This document shows positions 14,901-30,046 of a stretch of DNA of 64,000 nucleotides, one piece after another. The notes under the pieces were generated by a model. The model was given only the letters and a program-made list of their open reading frames with translations. It did not search any database and had not been told where the DNA came from. Origin of the DNA: Eledone cirrhosa (Eukaryota); the NCBI GenBank assembly GCA_964016885.1, contig OZ024745.1, positions 49,724,001-49,788,000 of the forward strand, in the 5' to 3' direction. The position numbers were made by a program, and so were the translations under genes. Within the stretch, counting starts at the first letter, position 1, and each line of letters begins with the position of its first letter.

Positions 14901-17900
14901 CACCCAGTACACACTATAAAGTGCTTGGTGATAAGAAGGGCATCCATCCGAAGAAAGCTTGCGAAGCAAAGTGTTAGATGGACCCTTCAGTTGTGTTAAA
15001 GACATGACAACTTCTCTAGTGCTGGTGCCACAATAAAATGTACTTGATTGAACGTGAAACTATATGTGAGATGTAAACAACCCAGCCTGTCTGGGAGCTC
15101 AGTAGTCCTGCTTCAATACAGACTTAGTCTGTGGAGACCCGTCCACTCCTTTCTAGCAGGGGAAGTGATGATGATTCTTCTATTTATCCAAAGTTTCTGA
15201 TATATTGAATTTTCTCAAAATCACTTTCATCTTTTATCACCAACCTACTTAAGACCGCATCTGGTTCCATAATATAAACATTTTCAGTTTAAAGTTTTCA
15301 CCATCATCATCATGATCTTCATTTATGTATGATGGACCCATAACTCCTGATGGAGTCACAGGAGCATTGTCGTGGGCATCTAAACCCTGGTGAAACTGAT
15401 CTCGCTCTAGATCTGAAAACAGCTGATTTCTGCCAGAGATGGAGATAGAGGAAATGAGAAAGAGATATAGAGGAAAATTTGACGTCAGTACTGAATTGGT
15501 ACTTGAAATGTTGAAAGGCAAAGTGGGATTTGAATTCAAGAGAGCCAGAACCAATACCACAAAGCATTCTATTTGAAGTTCTAATACCACCTCATCATTT
15601 AATGTCCATTTTTTCCATAATGGCAAAGGGTTGGATGGGTTATCACAGACCAAGTCAGAACTTAATTTGAGCTAAATTGTGCTGTTTTGTACTTTTCAAG
15701 AATGTCTTGCTAATGTGGTTTCATGTGGTACAGGATGTTAAGAGTTAAATTTGTTGTTGTCGTGTAAACATCATCTAGTTCTATTGTCATCATCAATGTA
15801 TATGTTGGATCTGTTTTATATTTAAAGGGTGCAGTAGCAAATGAAGTTGAAACAGAACAAATTGTTCACGATGCTTCAGTAACTTTCCTGAATTCTGCTT
15901 GTATTTCATCTTTTGTGCAACTCCGAGGTTCCATACCTTTGTTCTGGTCTCAAGACATTTCGAAAATGGTTCCCAAGCCTCAAATTGTTGGTAAGTTCCA
16001 TAAATATATTTTTTTCATTAAATTGCTTTGCTTGAACTGAGATAATGCAGCGTAGTGAGTACTCATTAATTGAGTTTCAAGGTACCATGATAAAATACAC
16101 CCAGTATGCTCTGTATTATGGTAGCAACTGAACTGAGATTTTGTAGAACTAAGTAGAACCTTTTAGTCCTATTGAGGACATAACCTCTCTTGTGCTAGTG
16201 CCATGATAAAATGCATGCAGTCCACTCTGAATTTGTAGTGCTGGTTCCATGATAAAAAGCACCCAGTAACTCTGCAAAGTGATTGACCTTAGAATGGGTA
16301 TTCACCCATAGAAACCACGCCTGAAATAAAACAGGAATGTGATGAGGCTCTCAAATCCATTCAGTCTCAAACCAGGACAAGTCGTCTAACATGGAAAGTG
16401 GGTGTAAAATGATATATTATCAAAGAAATTAAATTTCATAAAAGAAAAAAATGTAAACTGTTTTAAGAATGGTAAAAGATTGGCAAAATTAATAGAATGA
16501 TGGGCAAAAATTCCTTGTGGTATTTATGTTTTGAGATCAGTGTGGGAGATGAGTGGTGGTGACATAAGACCAACCATATTTGAAGAGCAGAGGCCATTGT
16601 AGTAATGATAGGAAAGCATGTGACCTTTCTTTGGATATGGTCTAAGATGTCTGTGTGCATGGCAGCAGTACTTTCCTAGTTATGGGAGTAGTACTCTGTT
16701 GTATGTCTCACTTGAACTTTGCTGAGGGGTAGCATTTATTGGGTGGAAATGGGGTGTGTGCAGTGGTTGGTGGGGGTTTGAAATATTTTGTGTCTATGAA
16801 AAGGAAGGCGAGTCTTTGAATATCAAAGTTAATTATACCACAATATAAAAATAATCTTCATCTATTTACTAAAGTGTTGTAGTTCAATATTCTTTTTACC
16901 AGCAAGTCAACTGTGAGTTGGTGTAGCACAAATATTACAACCAGTTAGACTGAGGAAAGCAGACTATTGCATGATTTCAACTTAGGACTTTCTGGCTAAT
17001 AATACAGCACACTAACTCCCGACTGCTATTGCTAAAGGTTGATGTTTATAATGGTGATGATGAACACACGTGTTTTTATATGCTACCATGAAGAGAGGTG
17101 GAAGCAATCATCAGTATTTGACCACCTATTATGGTTCTTCATTATCTAGCCCACCCGGCAACTGAGAAAATCAGACATTTTTCTTGTATATCTCATATTT
17201 TTGTCATGGTTTTTTATGGCTGGATGCTCTTTCCATCACTACTTTATACAGTGGACAAGGTGCATTTTATCATATCACTAGCATTAAAGATGATGTATGT
17301 GACAGGAATAAAGAAGTTCTCTCTAACCTGTATCAGTTTTTATTCAGAGTTACTGTTCTCCAAGAACAGTGGGCTTGTGGAGGCCACATCTCCCTCTCTT
17401 CAGTCTTTTTTCTTTTGGCAGGTTTCATGAACTGCAGAGAACATGAAAGCATGTTTTAAATAACATTTTTACAAATATGAAGAAAGTATTTAAGTCAATA
17501 AAAATGTAAACTGGCAATTGCAATGTATAGACATTGTAGATAGTATAAATATGATCAAAGTAAATTATGATATTGTGTGTGTGAGAGAGAGAGAAGAGAT
17601 TATATCAATACTTTTGATAAATATATTTATGATTTTTAAGGTTTAGGACCTCATTTGAAAATTAAAAGAAATGGAGTAGGGTTTTGAACAGTTGTTGTTA
17701 TCACTACATACCATTTATTTTCTTTTGAAAGCAAGTCCTAGCCTTGAAATATCTTGTATAATGTAAAAGTTTAAACTGTTGTTTTGTTTACTTTAGTTTT
17801 CACTCTTGTATTTTTAATTTTTCACTCTTATATTTTTAATTTGCATTGTAATGGCTTTTCCCTCCAAATCCTGTTTTTGATTTGTTAACACTCTCATATA

Positions 17901-20900
17901 TGTAAATATTTCCCCACATATATCACAGCAGAGAGTTTTTCTTCAATTTCACAAATCTCACCATGGTATGATAATAATAGATAATCATACAGCCATGGCT
18001 CATGACTGAAGTACTTCCACCACAACTTTATTTCATCATTATGCTAAAGTGAGAATCCTTATTCCAATAAATCTCTTTCTTCCTACCTTTCAGTTGATCA
18101 AGCAGACCCCTATGCTTTTGTTGCTGGTCAGCATTTCAATGATGTTATAAAGCGTTTTGGAGCCCCTATTATTGTTCTTAACTTGGTGAAGGTGAGCTAA
18201 TGTTATTGTTCAAATTTATCTTCATTATTTTGGGTGGATTGGCAATATCAGTAGAGGGTCGGACGCCATGCTTTCCAGCATAGAGTTACAGCCCTTCACT
18301 GTCTGAGTTCAAATCCTGCCGAGGTTGACTTTGCCTTTCATCTTTACGGGGTCGATAAAATAAAGTACCAGTAATTCACTGGGTAATTGCTGGCCTTGTG
18401 CCTAAAGTGGAAACAATTATTTTGAATGTGTAATTGTAATGTGCATGAAGGAGCTGAGAGAAAGGCTGCACATAAAAGGAATCAGATATTGAATGCAGTA
18501 GAGAAGATTGCACTGTAGCTGATGACTGCTGGATGAAGAAATGTCAAGAGCTCTGAGTGGAAAGAAGTCATAGAAATGGATGCTCAAGAAATAAGTGGGC
18601 AGAAGTATTGAAAGCTGACCTCAAGAAATTACACCTCATCAACAAGAACTAGTAAAAGAGCAATTCAATTTCATTGTTTTAATGGCTTACATCCAAATCT
18701 CTTATATACTTATACCATATTATTTATTTATCATGCTTCAGTTTCTGAATGTTTTCTGTTTCCAGCGCCGAGAGAAACGCCGTCATGAGAGCATATTGAC
18801 CAAAGAATTTATAAGTGCCATCGAATACCTCAACCAGTTTTTGGCGTATTCACACAACATACAATACATTGGCTTTGATATGGCAGGTGTGAGTAAAAAG
18901 TAAGTGAGAATGATGTATTTTATAGTTTATATGAAGAACTTTATATGAAGAGATTGGAGGTTATAATGCTTGGCAATCAAAATTGAATAGAGATAAAATA
19001 GGGGTTGAGAGGACTCTTCAAACTGGCATAGAATGTGACTACCTCTCTGGTGCTGATGCCACGATAAAATGCATCCAATTCCTTCAGTAAAATCCAGTAA
19101 AATGTACCCAGCACTATTAGTAAAATGGTTGATGTTAGGAAGGGCATTTGGCCATAGAAACCATGGGAAATATGGAATGTAATGCTAGTATGGAAAGTGG
19201 TTTTAAAATGGTGATGATGATAATGAAGCAAGGTTTATTTTAAGGAAATTTTAAATTTACACAAATTTTTGAAGTAAGTACCATGACCCAAGGTTTAATA
19301 TTCTCTGAGTCTGAGAAGCATTTGTAATGGCTATTTTTAGTATTTCATGAGTGTTTTAAGTCTTTTAGCCATCATTTACCATGCAAGTGCATATAGTATT
19401 TGACACAAAATATAAACTTACTGCATAACATTAGATTTAGAACAACACAACTCGGAGTCAAGTACATGTTATGGAGGAATGGTTGACATTGGGAAGTGCA
19501 TCCAGCTGTAGAAAACTTGTCTAACAAAAAGTTGAGAGGGCTTCTAATTGCATCAAGGGCATAATAACCTCCTTATTGCTGGTGCCACGATAAAATGCAT
19601 ACAGTTCATTTTGTAATGTTGTTAGTGTTAGGAAGGTTATCTAACTAAAAATATTGCCAAGATTTGAGTTTGTCTAGATCACAACAACCTTTCTAGTGCT
19701 AGTGCCATGATAAAATGTACTCAGTATACTTTGTAAAGTGTAAGAGAGGTACAGCACCTGGCCCATCTGTGAGGACAGCTGCTCTACTTCAGTGTTGACT
19801 TTGTTTATGAACACCTGTCTAACCTATGTTTACATGGAAAAATGGACCTAAATTTGTTAAATTTTAATATTTTTATTTTCCTTTTAATTTCAGGAAAGAT
19901 TGCAGTGTTATGGATCGTTTGGGTAAAATTGCGAAAAGTTGCATCAAGCGTACAGGGTTTTACTTTCACTCCCCTTCTAATCTACATGAAGAACTGTGGA
20001 ATTGTGAACCGTAAGTTGATAAATTTCTCATGTTTGGTGGCAGTAGTGGTGTTGGTGTGAAGGTGTGTGGTCCAGTGGTTATGGTGTAGGTTTCACAATC
20101 GTAAGATCATGGGTTCAATACTTGAGCCAAGTGGTGCTATAACTATCACAAATGCTATGCATTTTCTTTTTAAATAACTCAATCAAGGGATCAAGGGCTG
20201 CACCCATAATATTTATGCAGGACTTTTGAGACTAGTGGTGGGTGGAAAAGAGAAGAAAATCTTGGTGTTCTCAGATCAGAGACCTCACTCAAATGCTTGC
20301 AACAGACTGGTGGTGTTTAACCCCTTAGCATTTACATTAATCTATATTTACTATTGTATTTTCATGATAAAGGCTTTACATCACATATTTATCTCACATA
20401 GTATCGAATCCATGAGATTTTGATATTATTTATTTTGAGAACAATGAGTGGCTGGTTATGGTTAGTTTGAACAGAGAGAGAGAATTTTGACCGGATACAG
20501 CCAGTTTAAATTCTTTTTAAACATATTTCTAATGAGAGACACTCCCTATGTTTTTCAAATCATTTTGTCATTATTAACCTATTGTTTCATTATTTTATCT
20601 TCAGACTTAAAGGAATTCGAGGAGTTAAGACCGAATATGGGAAAAAGCAAACTGGAGTAGTAAGAACAAACTGTGTTGACTGTCTTGACCGTACAAATAC
20701 AGCACAATTTGCTGTTGGCAAGTGTGCTTTGGGATACCAGGTAAATATTGTTAGCAAGGAAACAAATCATTTTATAGTTGTGCATGTTTGGCAAAGGATG
20801 ATAGGAATAGAGCCAGTGATGAATGTTGTAATGTGAAATGGAATGGGATGGCTGGATCATGAGTTGAGAAAGGATGAAAGTGACTGGATGAGAGGAATAA

Positions 20901-23900
20901 AGCCAGGTTTCTCCCTGGAATTACCCTAAAGTGTAGTCCCCCACTATTGGGAACTTGTTTTTGTTGACATTTATTATTGTTTTTCTTTATCTTTTTTTCC
21001 ATTTTTATGTATATTTATTACAATTTCTATTATTGCTATTCTTACTGTTTTCAGTTCAGTGATGTCCCCATTCCTTTATTTGATGTAAACCCTACTTTGT
21101 CTTTGTCCTCAATGTCCCGGGTCCTTGTGGCTAATAAAAGAAATCATAATCATTATTATTATTATTTTTTTTATTTCAGTTGTATGCTATGGGAGTTAAT
21201 TCTAGTCCTAATTTAGAATATGATACAGACTGTGTAAGGTAAGAACATTTTATTCATTATTTCTGCTACATTATCATCATCGGCAGCCATCCCTCTCCAG
21301 ATTTGACCTCAGGTAATTTCCTTCTGAGATAGATTGATAGAGAGTTTAATGTTTCAAACCTTGACTATGATCTTCAAGAGAGAAAAAGAAAGAGATGCAA
21401 CCTTGTAGGAAGCCAGTTAAACCTACATAGGTGTGAGCTAATTTCAGTTTTTCACCCTCACACATGCATAGCAGGCTTCCACACACTTTCCACCTTCAAA
21501 TTTTATTTACAAGGCATTAAGCAACCTGAGGCTATAGTAGACACTTATTCAAGGTGCCAAGCAGTGAGACTGAACTTGAAACCATATGATTGACAAGCGA
21601 ACTCTTTAACCACACAGCCATGCATGTGCATTTTTTTTTATTTTACAGCCTGTTTATTTCTTTTTTCATGTAATTTTCAGAATGTTGGAAAAACTGTATG
21701 AAGACCAAGGAAATACATTAGCCCTACAATATGGAGGCTCTCAGCTCGTACATAGAATTAAAGGTTACCGCAAAATTGCCACATGGACATATAACTCAAG
21801 GGACTTAGTCCAGACCATATCTCGTTACTATAGCAATGCATTCTCTGGTAAATTGTCTTTTACCCCTTTTGTGACCATATTTCTAATGAAAAACTGTCTA
21901 TGATTTTCAAATGATTTTGAAAGGATTTAGTAAAAAAACTGTCTTAGTATTAAACATAACTTAAAGGTAAGGGAAAATGGAGAAGTTAGCCACTGCATTA
22001 ATTGGGAAATGGCTTTAAAATGCATGTTGTTGTAAATGACTTTTGCTCAGCCTGGGAGTTAAGTATTATTAACACTTTTATTATCAGATTTCTAATGAAA
22101 GATACTTTCTATGATTTTGAAGATAATTAAGAAATTGGAGGGATTTAGTAATTTAAAGAACTTATTATTAAATTGTAGGGTTCATCATCATCATACGTCT
22201 GCTTTTCCCTGCTTGCAAGGGTGGGACGGGTCCTATTCAGCACAGCATCTCTCCACTTGATTCTTACATAAAATTAGGATAGAAAGTTTTTAGATTAATA
22301 AAATAGTTAATTGAAATAGTTTTGTTTTGTAGAACCAGAGGTCTTTTTAGGTGGTTTGGTATCAATAGGGTTAAGCTTATTTCATTTCAACAAACTCCTC
22401 TCTTGACTCTTCTATTATATTTTGGTATTTGTTTAAATCAGATGCCGAGAAACAGCAATCAATTAATTTATTTCTTGGAGTTTACAGTCCAGATTCTAAA
22501 TCACCAAATTTATGGGAGCTCTCAACTGACTACTACCTACACAACCATGATTGTTTCGGAAAGAAGTTGCTTGCAAGAAAAAGGTAAAGTACCATGCTAC
22601 ATTGGTTTTAGTCTTTTATCATAGTTGTCATCACCATCACAGCTACCACCAGTATCACCACCTTCAACACCATCACTACCATTACTACCACTATCTGGGA
22701 GCATTTTATCATGGCACCAGTACTAGGGATTGGTGTCAAGTCCTTGACGGGACTGTAGAGTCTTTTCCATCCTATTTTAGCATGGTTGCTACTGTTGGAT
22801 GCCCTTTCTAATGTAACTACTTTACAGAGTGTACATTTTAACACCATTGTTTTACATCCATTTTTCTATGTTGGCATGGGTTGGATGGATCATTATAGAC
22901 CAAGACAGTACTTATCAGAGCTACTGTCCTTGCTCAATGCATTCTGTTTTTACATGGAATTTTGCAGCTGAATGTCCTGCATAACCTCATCCACTTTAAA
23001 GAATGTATTGGGTGCATTTTATCATGGCGCCAGCACTTAGGTGGTCATGTCCCATGACATGCCTGGAGAATTCTCTCTTACCCCTTTTTTAGTTTCTACA
23101 GTTGGTTTCACTTCATAATACCAATCACTTTACAAAGTGTATTGGGTGCATTTTATTGTGGAACCAGCACTAGTGAGTTTGTCATGTCCTTGCTGTGGCT
23201 GAAGAGCCTTCTCAACCCTTTTGGTATGTTACTATAAATATATATTTCTTTTTGTACTATATATCCTGAATTCAATCTCTGCTGTGGACAACTTTGCCTT
23301 TTATCCTTCTGGGGTCAATAAAATAAAGTACCAGTCAAGTATTGGGGTCTATTGAATTGACTTGGCCCCCTCTCCACTCCCAAATTTTACTTGCCTATGT
23401 TAGAAACAATCATTATAGCTGACTAAATGTAATCTTTGTTTTTCTTTCAGCTATTGTCAGTGGTGGGATCTGAATGTGCCATATTATCTACCTTTACCTC
23501 TAGATGAAGGTAAGTAAGCAGTTCAGAGAAATTTACTTTAAATTTTAGTTTACTGTATATACTCAAATATAAACGATCCCCCAACTCCATTTTATGCCTG
23601 ACAAATGGGCAAAACCTCAAACCCCATGTATAAGCTGAGGCAGCTAATCAACACATTATGTTTAGATAATGTGGTTTTGAAATTCTGGAGTTTTAATATT
23701 TTGATATTTAAAATGTTTTAAGTGTCATTTAGAGAATAGTTTTTGTTTCACTACTTCATTACATAATCACTTTTTACCAATTTCCGACTGTTTTGAAGGC
23801 CATATTAATAAAAAAAAATAGGGAAAAAAAATGTCACCTCCAAAGTGAAATCAGTGTAAGATTCATCTCCAAAGTAAAAACAGTGTAATAGTCACCTCCA

Positions 23901-26900
23901 AAGTGAAAATGTTTGAACACCTCATTTGCATAGAATTTGAAGTTGGTTAAAATCTGCAAAATATTGACCTTGAATATAAGCTGATCCCCCCTTTTACCAT
24001 CCATTTTTTTTAGTCACATATTTCTTGAATTATATATAATAATTTTGGAAACTAAATAGACTTATTGAGTAATAATTGACAACCCATGCTAGCATGAAAG
24101 ATAGATGTTAAAGGATGATGATGATGGTGGTGGTGATGATGATGATTCATTATCATCATTACGTCCGTTTTCCATGCTGACATAGGTTAGACATTTACAG
24201 TCCAAGACTAGACTGGTCTTGCTTATACATTCTGTACTTGGCATAGTTTCTACAGCTGGATGCCCTTCCTAATGCCTAGGTGCATTTTACTGTGGCACTA
24301 GAATTACTACTTTACAGAGTGTACTGGGTGCATTTCATCATGTCACCAGCACTAGAGTTTGTCATGTACTCAGCGAGTTTTAAGAGTCCCTCTACTCTAT
24401 AATGTCTCCATTCAATCACTATAGCTTGATTTTTTTTTCTTACTATTTTACATCAATTCTTCTTATCATGATTGCATGAATGAGTCAGTTAGGACACATT
24501 TGTATGTTATTGTGCAGCCCTGCCAGATGTGTGTCAATGAAACGTATGTATAGTATGTAATGTAGTCAGTTATCATTAGCTTCAGATCAACCATGATTGA
24601 ACAGACCTATGATGAAACATATGGCAGCTATAACCATTCTGGCTTTTTCAGGACATGTGAAATTATATTATCCAATGTGTCCATCTCTTTTTTTAAGATA
24701 GGTGTGAATTGTGGTGAATTTGGCTGTTACTTCTAATATGCTGAGTGACAATAAAATGCACCTGGTACACTTTGTATTGTGGTTGGTGCTATGCAGGGCA
24801 TTCAAGTATAGAAACCATGCAAACGATGGAGAATATGAACAAGACCTGGTCCCTTGACCAGTCTAATTTCAACTCATGCTAGCATGGAAAGTGGATGATG
24901 ATGATGATGCTCACTGTGTGATCCCATCTTGGTGATACCATCTGTCTAACAAGGTCCAGGAACTCGCCTATGCAGTTGTAGCAATTTGGATTTAGTCTTT
25001 CATTTCATGTTATATCATATTTTTTGAACACTAGCATTGATGGTTGCAGCTTTCTAATTAGCCAATCACTGGTTTCCTGCCTTTTTCATGGCCAGAGGAA
25101 CATAACAATGTCCAAGCAACTTATCTAAAATAAATACCAATCAAGGTATTTTTATTTAAAAGCAACCATCTCTCATTGATATATAATTAAGTGAACGACA
25201 CACACACACACATGCTCGACAGGATTCCACAGGTTGTTTACCAAATACCATTCCCAATGTATAGGTCAGCCTGTAGCTATGGTAAAAGACACTTGCTCTA
25301 GGTATTGCACTTTGATCACACCCAGAACCATGCAAGTCTTAGATTCGATTAAACTAAGACCCAGATCTAGCCTTACTAGCGTTGAATTTAGGACCTAAAA
25401 CATCTTGAGATAGTGATTGGTGCCTTGAATCAGCTAAGAGGAACCAATCAGCCTGTCTATTGTACCCACTGACACTCACTCATAATTGTTTCTGTTACAG
25501 AGGAAAAAGGAGTCAATGAACAAGTACATGTTTCTGTGAACAGAAGAACTGAGGAATGTGTGAATGAATTCTCAGAACATTATCACCCTTATGAACTGAC
25601 ATCGCTGGAAGAGTTGTTTGCTTTTACTCTCACCCATTCCATAAGGTAAGGAACAATCTTATAACTGATGAGGCACATTGAAGCCAGAGGTGGCCTGGCT
25701 ATACAGGTGTTTGAGCAATGTCCAGTGGATTACTGAGGTGGGTAAAAATAAAGCTGTAAAAATGTTTGCAAAATCTGAACTTGTAGCAACTGTACAAAGA
25801 TTGAAACCAAAATAGAATGTATTTTAGCTGAGCAATAAAAATATATCTCTTGACAATACTCCTCTAAATATTAAACTGTTCTTCCATTTTAAGTATCACT
25901 AGAGTTCAATTAATCGTACATTAAAAATGTATTAGATATTATTATCCAACATAGTTTTATTTTACCAACTAAAGAGGTTGATGTCAGGGAGGGCATCCTG
26001 CTGTAAAACATTGCCTCCAAACAACCAATGCCAGTATGATGAGAATGATTGATTTAAATCAAATGCAAACATTTTCTTTCAAAGACATTACTATCAAACA
26101 TAATTTAATATTACATTCATTGATATCAATTACAATCATTTTCTATTACTAATAATTCAGAATATACATATATAAGATAAACAGGTATATTTTATTGTCT
26201 GATTTTGTTATTTTGACATAATGTATCTAGGACTACTTTATCCATCATTTGTTGTTTTATGTTTAAGCTGAAATTGTAATGATTATATAATGTTTTAACC
26301 ATATAAAGTCTAATAATCAGTGTGGTTATTACACTCTCTTGTCTTTCATTTACTCAAGGAATGTGATGCCTAAACATGCTACAGACTACAGTCCATTCTC
26401 AATTCGGGTCAACCCAGAACGACCAATTGATGACCAGAGGTAAGTGTTTTCTATCTTTTTATTTTAATATAGGAAGTTTGGTAGGTGAAGTAGCTTTTAT
26501 CCCAACAATTAGTAAGCACTACAAATGTATCAAGATGATTGTGAAGATCAATATTTTTATGGCTTTGTCAAGAAGTGACATTGCCTCCAAGACTGAAGTG
26601 GAAATTTTTGTGGGGCATCCAGGTGTAGCAACCATGTTTAACAAGTGTTGAGAAGTTTCTTAGTTATGTCAATGTCATGACAACCTCCCTAGTATTGGTG
26701 TCACAATAAAATCTTTTCAATGCACTCTGTAAACTGGTTGGTATAATCAACTGTAAAGTACTTGGGTTTGGTATAATTGACTTTTCCCAAAATTGATAAC
26801 TGCTGCTTTTTGGGGGCCAGGAAGGGAAGGAAGTTTTCTTCTGACTGGTGGCAAAAGCTGAAATGACTGAAGATAGACACATTCCTCTTCAGCTAAGCCT

Positions 26901-29900
26901 TCATTGACTTTTTCAAATTCAATATGGAAAGGAAGGTGAGGGTGGAGAGAGAAGTGCTGCCCCTCAGTATATTTGTTAAAAGGTGGGTGAATGGGCTTAC
27001 TCTAATCACGTTACTATAGGCTGGAAAGAATAGTTGAAAGAGAGACACTTGCCTATGATGCCCTTGGGGATCAGGGTGATCTCTGGTCATTGGGGGTGCA
27101 CCCCCACCCAACCTACTAGTGAATTCTGATGTTTTTAATTTATTGCAATTTTGTTTTGTTTTTCTATTTACTTATTTTATGTAAATCTCCTCTGTCTTTG
27201 TTTATTTGTATTGTCCTTAATGTTTCCAGCCCTAGTATCCGATAAATTATTCTAATGATGATGATAACCAAGATCATTATCACTATGACTACCCCCACCC
27301 TAATTAAAACTATATTATCTTTATGTGCAATGTACATATTTTATATTAACAAATGGTTGGTGAAGTTATGTCTTCATCCTTTTCAGTCTCGAAGCATCAA
27401 TAACTAACAAAAGTGAACCCACTCTTATTGGAAGTGGGAGTGGTAGTGGAGGAGCAAGTGATGCAGCTAGCCGTGTGGCAGGAGGAGGAGGAGGTGAAGA
27501 CAGCCTGAGTAGTAGTGAGAGTGATGAAGTGGATGGTGATGTTGATTTCTCTGATGAGTCCAACTCAGATAATTCAATAATAGAGAACAAACAGATTTCT
27601 TTCAAGGTAAACATTTTTTTTCTTTTCTCTTTTTAGCATAAGATTAAAATCGTAAAAGTGTGTGTGTCTATGTATCATCATCATCATTTTGCATCTGCTT
27701 TTCTTGCTGGTATGGGTTGGATGGGTTGTCACAGTCTGAAACCAGATAGGTTGGTGCGACTTCATTTTTCTCATATGTGTTATGGTTACTACAGCTAGAT
27801 ACTCCACCTAATGCTAGCCACCTTACAGAGTGTAATGGGTGCAATTTTCATAGCACCTTTACTGCCACTTCTTAAACCCTATCTTTATTCAATTGCCAAT
27901 ACTATAGCTTTCAGTGTCTCAATATGCTTACTATTATTTTTAATGTCATAGTGCTTGTACTGGTGGATGGATTTTTTATATCATTGCATATTGCCAGTGT
28001 GAAAGCTAGAGAGAAATGTACTAAGCACATGCTCTGTTAGATGTGTAATGTTAATGTGCATAAACAACAAAGCAGTTCATGCACATTAACTGAGAGAAAA
28101 ACTAAATGGAATCAAATGTAATGTGCAAGATAGAAGACTGGTTGATATGGGCATGTGATGTATTTGGATGATGATAGTTGGGTGAAGAAGTGTCAAGAGA
28201 TCCTAGTGGAAAGAGGCTGCAGTATAGGAAGACTGAGCATGATCTGGGAAGAAATGGTGAGAGCTGATCTCACAGTGGAGAAGGCAAAGGTATAAATAGA
28301 GGCAGACTGTGCTGGAGAAGATGATACTAGATTTTAGTAGTTAGATAGTTGTCTTATTTAGTTTAAAGTTAGTTATTTCACTAAACCTCTCATAATTCTT
28401 GATAATCAAAGCACAAAAGCAGTATATTGTTAGAAATATGGTCATGAAAGGGTTAAGCCTACCACTCAATTGTGAAGTTATGTATATCATTTTCTAATAT
28501 TCTATCTTGGGCTGCTTACTTTTTAGGATGTCTTCCCAACTACAAAGCAGGTTTATGATTTTAATATAAATCGGCCTTCTAAACAAGGATTGTGTATCTA
28601 TGAAAGGTACGTAAAAAAAACTGTCTTGTTTTGTTGTTTTATATCACATTCTGTAAACAATAGCATCATCATTGTCATTATCATTCTCTGTCTGCTTTCC
28701 ATGCTGTCATGGTTTGGACAATTCGCCACAGTCCAAGACTTGACAAGTCCAGAAAGACCAACTCTTGCATGCATCTTCTATTTGTGGAATGATTTCTATA
28801 GCTGGTCACCCTTCCTAACACCAAACACGGTATATTGGGTATATTTTATCATGGTACTAACACTACCACTCTACAGTGTTTTATCAATGCATCAACACTA
28901 GCACTTTAAAAATGTACTGAGTGCATTTTATCATGTAACCAGCATTGCTACTTTACTGAGTGTACTGGGTGCATTATAAAATTCATGTGAAGTTATAATG
29001 TTAATTTGAGTGTTTCTTTCCCTTATAGATATGCCCAATTTGGAGATAGTTGGTCTAAACCTCCATCAATACAAGACAAGAATACCAGAAAGATTACAGA
29101 TCAATTGTAAGTAATAATTCTTATTTTTTTTATTACTATGTTCCCTTTTTTATCTCTGTTCTTATTCTGTTCCTTTTTCCATTAGATAGGTCTTCTTCAG
29201 TACGTCTTGTGATCCATTGTTATCTCCTTTAAGATATTCAGCACCCTGAGTTCTTTCTCTTCCACAGGCCTCAACATTATAGTAGTATTATAAAAACACA
29301 GATAAGAATTTGATACAGCTATCACATAGAGAAAAAGTTATGCTGTGAATTGTATTATGAAAAGGAAAATTATTTTTTTATGGCTTAGAGGAAGGAGAAT
29401 TACACATATGACCTTTCACAGGGGCCCCTGAAACTGATGGGAAAAAGGGATAAAAATAACTCATGGGTTGTTGGTGTTAAATCAGTTGATGGATTAAGTA
29501 TACCACTCTGCTCATTTTCCGTATAACCAATTTCACTTACAGGCATAGGCCAGGTTGACCTGAGGCTATTACAGAAGACACTTATCCAAATTGCTGTGCA
29601 GTTGGGATCAAACCGGAATCATGGGAGGGTAAAGTGGGCATCTTAAACACACAGCTATTTGGGTTAATTGAAGTTTATGAATTTAGTATCTGAAATTCTG
29701 GTCAACAACTTCGATTTTGTAACAGTTAATATGCTTTCCTTCCAAGCAGTTGGTCCAGGTTCATACCCTAACCAAGGTAAAAGTAAAACAAAATGGAATA
29801 TAATGTCCTTCAAATGGCTGTCATGATTCGACTACGATGTAATTGACAATGTATTTATTTATTTTCAGATGGGAAATGAGTGCCTTCAAACTGGATAGTG

Positions 29901-30046
29901 TTTACCAAGTGGAGTTACCTCCCGTGAATAAAATGTCTGACCAGATTTATACATCTTACGTGCTGTGTGGTAAACACGGTGCTGGTCCACCGAAAATAAA
30001 AGACATGGAAACTTACAGGAGATATTTATATTGTAAATATCGATAA
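5675..30046 (+). CDS. FIG4: Polyphosphoinositide phosphatase FIG4 (SAC3), 23 coding exons, 916 aa
   Basis: Exons 5675-5740, 8492-8590, 8713-8839, 9928-10084, 10611-10661, 12022-12182, 12882-13013, 14698-14798, 15828-15990, 18094-18191, 18766-18899, 19894-20010, 20605-20740, 21180-21238, 21681-21847, 22442-22583, 23451-23509, 25501-25645, 26359-26439, 27387-27606, 28527-28606, 29029-29106, 29869-30046 join in phase (2751 nt). Motifs: [66 protein letters not shown], catalytic [12 protein letters not shown] (CX5RT), [11 protein letters not shown]. Confidence 0.96.
6871..7049 (+). mobile_element. SINE, young family (similar copies at 18239-18420 +, 46831-47012 +, 55638-55820 -)
   Basis: Four highly similar ~180-bp copies, TTGGCAGTATCAGTAGAGGGTCGGACG...GAGTTCAAATCCCGCCGAGGTTGACTTTGCC...AGAAACAATTAT, with a B-box-like GTTCAAATCC. 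Older relatives at ~20-230, 5070-5200, 23270-23410, 47890-48060. Confidence 0.8.
7878..8320 (-). mobile_element. 3' fragment of a non-LTR retrotransposon with restriction-like endonuclease (CRE-like), in FIG4 intron 1
   Basis: Minus strand [24 protein letters not shown]...[16 protein letters not shown] matches the PDG..WD.T..P.A.ET.G REL motif; GC-rich island in an AT-rich intron. Confidence 0.75.
10284..10415 (+). repeat. Degenerate minisatellite (~14-15 bp unit ATGACTGCTATTAT)
   Basis: Repeated ATGACT(G/T)CTATTAT-like units in FIG4 intron 4. Confidence 0.7.
13014..14697 (+). other. U12-type (minor spliceosome) intron 7 of FIG4, AT-AG termini
   Basis: 5' ATATCCTTT at 13014; branch box TCCTTAAC at 14681-14688; AG at 14696-14697. 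This junction preserves the frame (GQV-N-ICVFGKP). Confidence 0.88.
18239..18420 (+). mobile_element. SINE copy (same family as 6871-7049)
   Basis: Near-identical to 6871-7049. Confidence 0.8.
23551..24010. mobile_element. Possible pogo/Tigger-like non-autonomous DNA transposon remnant with internal GTCACCTCCAAAGTGAAA repeats
   Basis: Begins TACTGTATATACTCAAATATAAACGA, resembling pogo/Tigger-type ends; internal AATATAAGCTGA repeats; three ~25-30 bp direct repeats at 23833-23910. Second TIR not clearly found. Confidence 0.35.

Noticed and set aside
25660-25705. CTGATGA-GGC..GCC hammerhead-like start
   Set aside because: Followed by AGAG rather than GAAA; no stems I/III.
27366-27614. Antisense ORF over FIG4 exon 20 (also 32465-32671 over NOL8-N)
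   Set aside because: Shadow frames of low-complexity coding exons.
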